Assembly (NCBI GenBank): GCA_022009835.1
Contig: CP091726.1
Location: 1,163,678 to 1,195,677 of the forward strand
Direction: 5' to 3'
Length of the DNA stretch: 32,000 nucleotides
DNA from: Bacilli bacterium
GTDB taxonomy: Bacteria > Bacillota_I > Bacilli_A > RF39 > UBA660
A program made the translations under genes and the position numbers. Position 1 is the stretch's first letter. Every line of letters starts with the position of its first letter. Positions 28,465 to 32,000 of the stretch are shown one piece after another. The notes under the pieces were generated by a model that was given only the letters and a program-made list of their open reading frames with translations, was not told the origin of the DNA and did not search any database.

Positions 28465-31104
28465 TTACATAGTCTCTTTTAATTTAGCTTGAGCAGCAGC
28501 TAATCTAGCAATAGGAACTCTATATGGTGAACAAGATACATAGTTTAGTCCTATATTATGACAGAACTCAACGGATGTTGGTTCTCCACCATGTTCTCCA
28601 CATATACCTAATTTAATATCAGGTCTAGTACTTCTGCCCTTTTCTGCGGCCATCTTAACAAGCTGTCCTACACCTACTTGGTCTAATTTAGCAAATGGAT
28701 CAATTTCATATATCTTATTTTGATAATAAGCATCTAAGAATTTACCAGCATCATCTCTAGAGAAGCCAAATGTCATTTGAGTTAAATCATTAGTACCAAA
28801 TGAGAAGAACTCTGCTTCTTTAGCGATAGCATCTGCGGTTAAGGCTGCTCTTGGTATTTCTATCATAGTACCAATATGATATTTCATATCAGAATTATAT
28901 TCTCTCTTAACTTCTTCAGCTACTTCTACAACGATATCTTTGACAAACTTAAGTTCTTTTTCTTCTCCTACTAAAGGTATCATAATTTCAGGTGTAATAT
29001 CATAACCATCTTCTTCTTTAACCTCAATAGCGGCTTCCATTAAAGCCCTAGTTTGCATTCTAGCAATCTCTGGATAAGTAACAGCAAGTCTACATCCTCT
29101 ATGACCCATCATTGGATTAAATTCATGTAATTCTGCTATCTTATTCTTTAAATGTTCTACAGTAACATTCATATCTTTTGCTAAAGCAATTATATCTTCT
29201 TCTAAAGTAGGTAAAAATTCATGTAGTGGTGGATCTAAGTATCTAACAGTCATTGGAAGATTCTTTAACTCTTTATACATAGCTTTAAAATCACCTTTTT
29301 GGAATGGGATTAATTCATCTAAAGCTTTTGTTCTATCTTCTACTGTCTCTGATAGAATCATCTTTCTAATCTTAGGTATTCTATCTTCTTCAAAGAACAT
29401 ATGCTCAGTTCTACATAGTCCTATACCTTCTGCTCCTAGTTCAATAGCTTTAGCAGTATCTCTAGGATTATCAGCATTAGTTCTAACACCTAGTGTTCTA
29501 TATTCATCAGCCCACTTCATTATTCTACCAAAATCACCACTAACAGTAGCCTCTTTAGTAGGAATATCTCCTGCATATATTTTACCAGTGTTACCATCAA
29601 GTGAAATATAATCCCCCTTATGGAATGTCTTACCTCCTAAAGTAAATTCTTCCTTTTCTTCATTAATATTAATAGCACCACAACCTGCTACACAGCATGT
29701 ACCCATACCTCTAGCAACAACGGCAGCATGAGAAGTTCTTCCACCTCTTACAGTTAAAATACCTTGAGAGGCAACCATACCTTCAATATCTTCAGGGGTA
29801 GTCTCTAGTCTTACAAGTACTACTCTCTTTCCTTTACCACCTTTACCTAATGCTTTTGCTTCTTCAGCAGTAAATACTACCATGCCAGCAGCGGCACCAG
29901 GACTAGCAGGTAATCCTTCACCAATAGAAGTACTCTTCTTTAATTCTTCAGCATCAAATGTAGGATGAAGTAATTGATCTAGACTCTTAGCATCAATTCT
30001 AAGTACTGCCTCCTCTGGAGTAATCATACCTTCATCTACTAGATCACAAGCAATCTTAATTGCAGCTTGTGCAGTTCTCTTACCATTTCTAGTTTGTAAG
30101 AAATATAACTTACCTTCTTCAATAGTAAACTCCATATCTTGCATATCTCTATAATGATTTTCTAGTTTTTGAGCAAGTTCCATAAACTCTTTATAACATT
30201 CTGGTAAATCTTCTTCTAGTTTAGTAATAGGTTCAGGAGTTCTAACACCTGCGACTACATCTTCTCCTTGAGCATTAATTAAGTATTCTCCATAAATACC
30301 TTTTTTACCAGTTGCAGGATCTCTAGTAAAGGCAACACCAGTACCTGAAGTATTACCCATATTACCAAATACCATTGATTGTACATTAACTGCTGTTCCC
30401 CAATCTCCTGGTATATCATTCATTCTTCTATAAACAATAGCTCTAGGATTATCCCAAGAACGGAATACTGCTTTAACTGCTCCCATTAATTGTTCTTTAG
30501 GATCTTGAGGGAACTCTTCACCATTCATGTGATCACTATATACTTTTTTAAATCTATTTACTAATTCTTTTAAATCTTCTACTGTAAGTTCAGTATCATA
30601 ATGAACACCTTTCTCTTCTTTTAATTCATCTATTATTTTTTCAAAGAAAGATTTATTTACTTCCATTACTACATCTGAATACATTTGAATAAATCTTCTA
30701 TAAGAATCATAAGCAAATCTAGGATTACCAGTCTTTTTAGCAAATCCTTCTACTGCTACATCATTTAATCCTAGATTAAGTATTGTATCCATCATACCTG
30801 GCATACTTGCTCTAGCACCACTTCTTACTGATACAAGTAATGGATTATTTATATCACCAAACTTCTTTCCTTGTAATTTTTTTCTAAATCTTCTAGTGCT
30901 TTTAAAGATTTGAGATTCTATCTCTTCAGATATTTCTTTACCATTATCATAATAATTAGTACAAGCCTCTGTTGAAATAGTAAATCCTTGCGGTATAGGT
31001 AATCCTAAATTAGTCATTTCAGCTAAATTAGCCCCTTTACCACCAAGTAAATTTCTCATATCCTTGTTACCTTCTTTAAAGGCATAAACATATTTTGTCA
31101 TCAT
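28465..31104 (-). CDS. ppdK: pyruvate, phosphate dikinase
   Basis: Intact 879-aa ORF. It has the typical N-terminus 'YVYAFKEG...LLGGKGANLAEM', the phospho-histidine region 'GGRTSHAAVVARGMG' and the PEP-utilizer C-terminus 'GICGEHGG'. Confidence 0.97.
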   Translation of the reverse strand: MMTKYVYAFKEGNKDMRNLLGGKGANLAEMTNLGLPIPQGFTISTEACTNYYDNGKEISEEIESQIFKSTRRFRKKLQGKKFGDINNPLLVSVRSGARASMPGMMDTILNLGLNDVAVEGFAKKTGNPRFAYDSYRRFIQMYSDVVMEVNKSFFEKIIDELKEEKGVHYDTELTVEDLKELVNRFKKVYSDHMNGEEFPQDPKEQLMGAVKAVFRSWDNPRAIVYRRMNDIPGDWGTAVNVQSMVFGNMGNTSGTGVAFTRDPATGKKGIYGEYLINAQGEDVVAGVRTPEPITKLEEDLPECYKEFMELAQKLENHYRDMQDMEFTIEEGKLYFLQTRNGKRTAQAAIKIACDLVDEGMITPEEAVLRIDAKSLDQLLHPTFDAEELKKSTSIGEGLPASPGAAAGMVVFTAEEAKALGKGGKGKRVVLVRLETTPEDIEGMVASQGILTVRGGRTSHAAVVARGMGTCCVAGCGAININEEKEEFTLGGKTFHKGDYISLDGNTGKIYAGDIPTKEATVSGDFGRIMKWADEYRTLGVRTNADNPRDTAKAIELGAEGIGLCRTEHMFFEEDRIPKIRKMILSETVEDRTKALDELIPFQKGDFKAMYKELKNLPMTVRYLDPPLHEFLPTLEEDIIALAKDMNVTVEHLKNKIAELHEFNPMMGHRGCRLAVTYPEIARMQTRALMEAAIEVKEEDGYDITPEIMIPLVGEEKELKFVKDIVVEVAEEVKREYNSDMKYHIGTMIEIPRAALTADAIAKEAEFFSFGTNDLTQMTFGFSRDDAGKFLDAYYQNKIYEIDPFAKLDQVGVGQLVKMAAEKGRSTRPDIKLGICGEHGGEPTSVEFCHNIGLNYVSCSPYRVPIARLAAAQAKLKETM

Positions 31105-31292
31105 ATCATCTCCTCACTCTAATATAATAACAAAATCAAATAAAAAAAGTTCAATAATAATATAAAATTTTTTTACTATTTCTTTACATTTTTTATCACT
31201 TTCAGCCTATAGTCTTCCAGTGTCATTTATAGTCTATAGTCTATAAATGATATATCAACCATATCTATCATATATAAGCCATTACTACATAC

Positions 31293-31320
31293 AAAAAGAA
31301 GTTACAATTAATGTAACCTC
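31293..31320 (-). terminator. terminator after rpsI
   Basis: On the minus strand: GAGGTTACA-ttaat-TGTAACTTC (9 bp including a G-U pair), followed by TTTTTG. Confidence 0.55.
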
Positions 31321-31327
31321 TTTTAAA

Positions 31328-31747
31328 TTATCTCTTACTAAATTGTGGAGCTCTTCTTGCACCTTTAAGACCATATTTCTTTCTTTCTTTAACTCTTGGA
31401 TCTCTAGTTATAAATCCATTAGCTTTAAGAATCTTTCTATATGAATCTTCGCTTCCTTCATTATCTTCATCATAAACTAGTAATGCTCTTGTAATACCAA
31501 GTCTGATAGCACCTGTTTGACCAGAAAATCCACCACCAATAACATCAGCATTAACATCAAATGTATTCTCGTTATTAGTAACTACTAATGGTTGTTTTAA
31601 ATCCATTACTAATACCTCATAAGGCATATATTCATGAACATCTCTACCATTAACAGTTATTTTACCAGTACCTGGAGTTAATGTAACTTTAGCTACTGAA
31701 CCTTTTCTTCTACCAGTTCCATAAAAACTTCTTTTTTCTTTAGCCAT
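31328..31747 (-). CDS. rpsI: 30S ribosomal protein S9
   Basis: 'YGTGRRK...[19 protein letters not shown]...[27 protein letters not shown]'. Confidence 0.97.
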   Translation of the reverse strand: MAKEKRSFYGTGRRKGSVAKVTLTPGTGKITVNGRDVHEYMPYEVLVMDLKQPLVVTNNENTFDVNADVIGGGFSGQTGAIRLGITRALLVYDEDNEGSEDSYRKILKANGFITRDPRVKERKKYGLKGARRAPQFSKR

Positions 31748-32000
31748 TATTTGTTACCTCCCATTTCTAATACTTTTGGCATTTGAGCAGCATGTTTGTG
31801 GTCTTCACCAGCATATACAAATAATTTTTTGTACATTTGTCTTCCTAATCTATTATGAGGAAGCATTCCTTTTACAGCTCTTTCTACCATTTCTACTGGA
31901 TAATTTTGTCTCATTTCTTTAGCAGTTCTTTCTCTTAAACCACCTACATATCTAGAGTGATCATAATAAATTTTTCCCTCTAGTTTGTTACCAGTTAATG
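31747..32000 (-). CDS. rplM: 50S ribosomal protein L13 (C-terminal part; 5' end off-window)
   Basis: The minus frame reads '...[67 protein letters not shown]'. Its stop overlaps the rpsI start (TAATG). Confidence 0.9.
   Translation of the reverse strand, partial: LTGNKLEGKIYYDHSRYVGGLRERTAKEMRQNYPVEMVERAVKGMLPHNRLGRQMYKKLFVYAGEDHKHAAQMPKVLEMGGNK

Noticed and set aside
2144-31444. Other short opposite-strand ORFs: 2144..2353 (+), 22158..22436 (-), 23403..23606 (+) and 31247..31444 (+).
   Set aside because: Each sits fully inside, or heavily overlaps, a better-supported gene on the other strand (the hypothetical gene at 1862..2421, the ZIP transporter, the thioredoxin-fold protein and rpsI). 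None shows recognisable motifs.
1-32000. Programmed ribosomal frameshifting or phase variation as a general explanation for the frame breaks.
   Set aside because: The breaks hit unrelated housekeeping genes (coaD, the ZIP transporter, the SDR, ynbB) at ordinary 4-8-nt A/T runs, with no slippery-site or stimulator pattern. Systematic indel error or decay is the more economical explanation.

Overview
The window is very AT-rich chromosomal DNA from a low-GC, endospore-forming Firmicute. That assignment rests on a gerA/gerC/gerB germinant-receptor operon, DUF421 and CotE-like spore genes, and rplM-rpsI-ppdK. Firm housekeeping calls are ppdK, rpsI, rplM (partial), coaD, tRNA-His(GTG), tRNA-Leu(TAG), a CAT-anticodon tRNA, a ZIP metal transporter, an SDR, a YnbB-type PLP enzyme, a LysR regulator and an MBL-fold hydrolase.

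Many otherwise recognisable genes are broken by 1-nt indels inside A/T homopolymers. I read this mainly as assembly error, with real decay not excluded, so I annotated through the breaks.

The standout is a self-contained 7.8-kb minus-strand operon (10453..18105):
- three tandem, mosaic paralogs, each fusing two DUF6273-like N-terminal modules to a MoxR/AAA_5-type ATPase
- a small Walker-A-less AAA-like protein
- an HExxH-metallopeptidase/vWA (DUF2201-type) protein

The operon has its own near-consensus sigmaA promoter. It is bracketed by ~293-bp direct repeats that duplicate the promoter and 5' end of gerA, which looks like a Campbell-type insertion. A decayed fragment of a second vWA gene lies beside tRNA-His. 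I consider this a candidate undescribed NTPase-vWA-protease conflict (defence) module.

A second accessory element is a type III toxin-antitoxin-like locus (27622..28242): promoter, ~50-nt tandem RNA repeats, terminator, then a ToxN/AbiQ-like toxin. The left edge (1..2421) carries mobile-element debris, namely a fragmented dcm and a DnaD-like replication protein.
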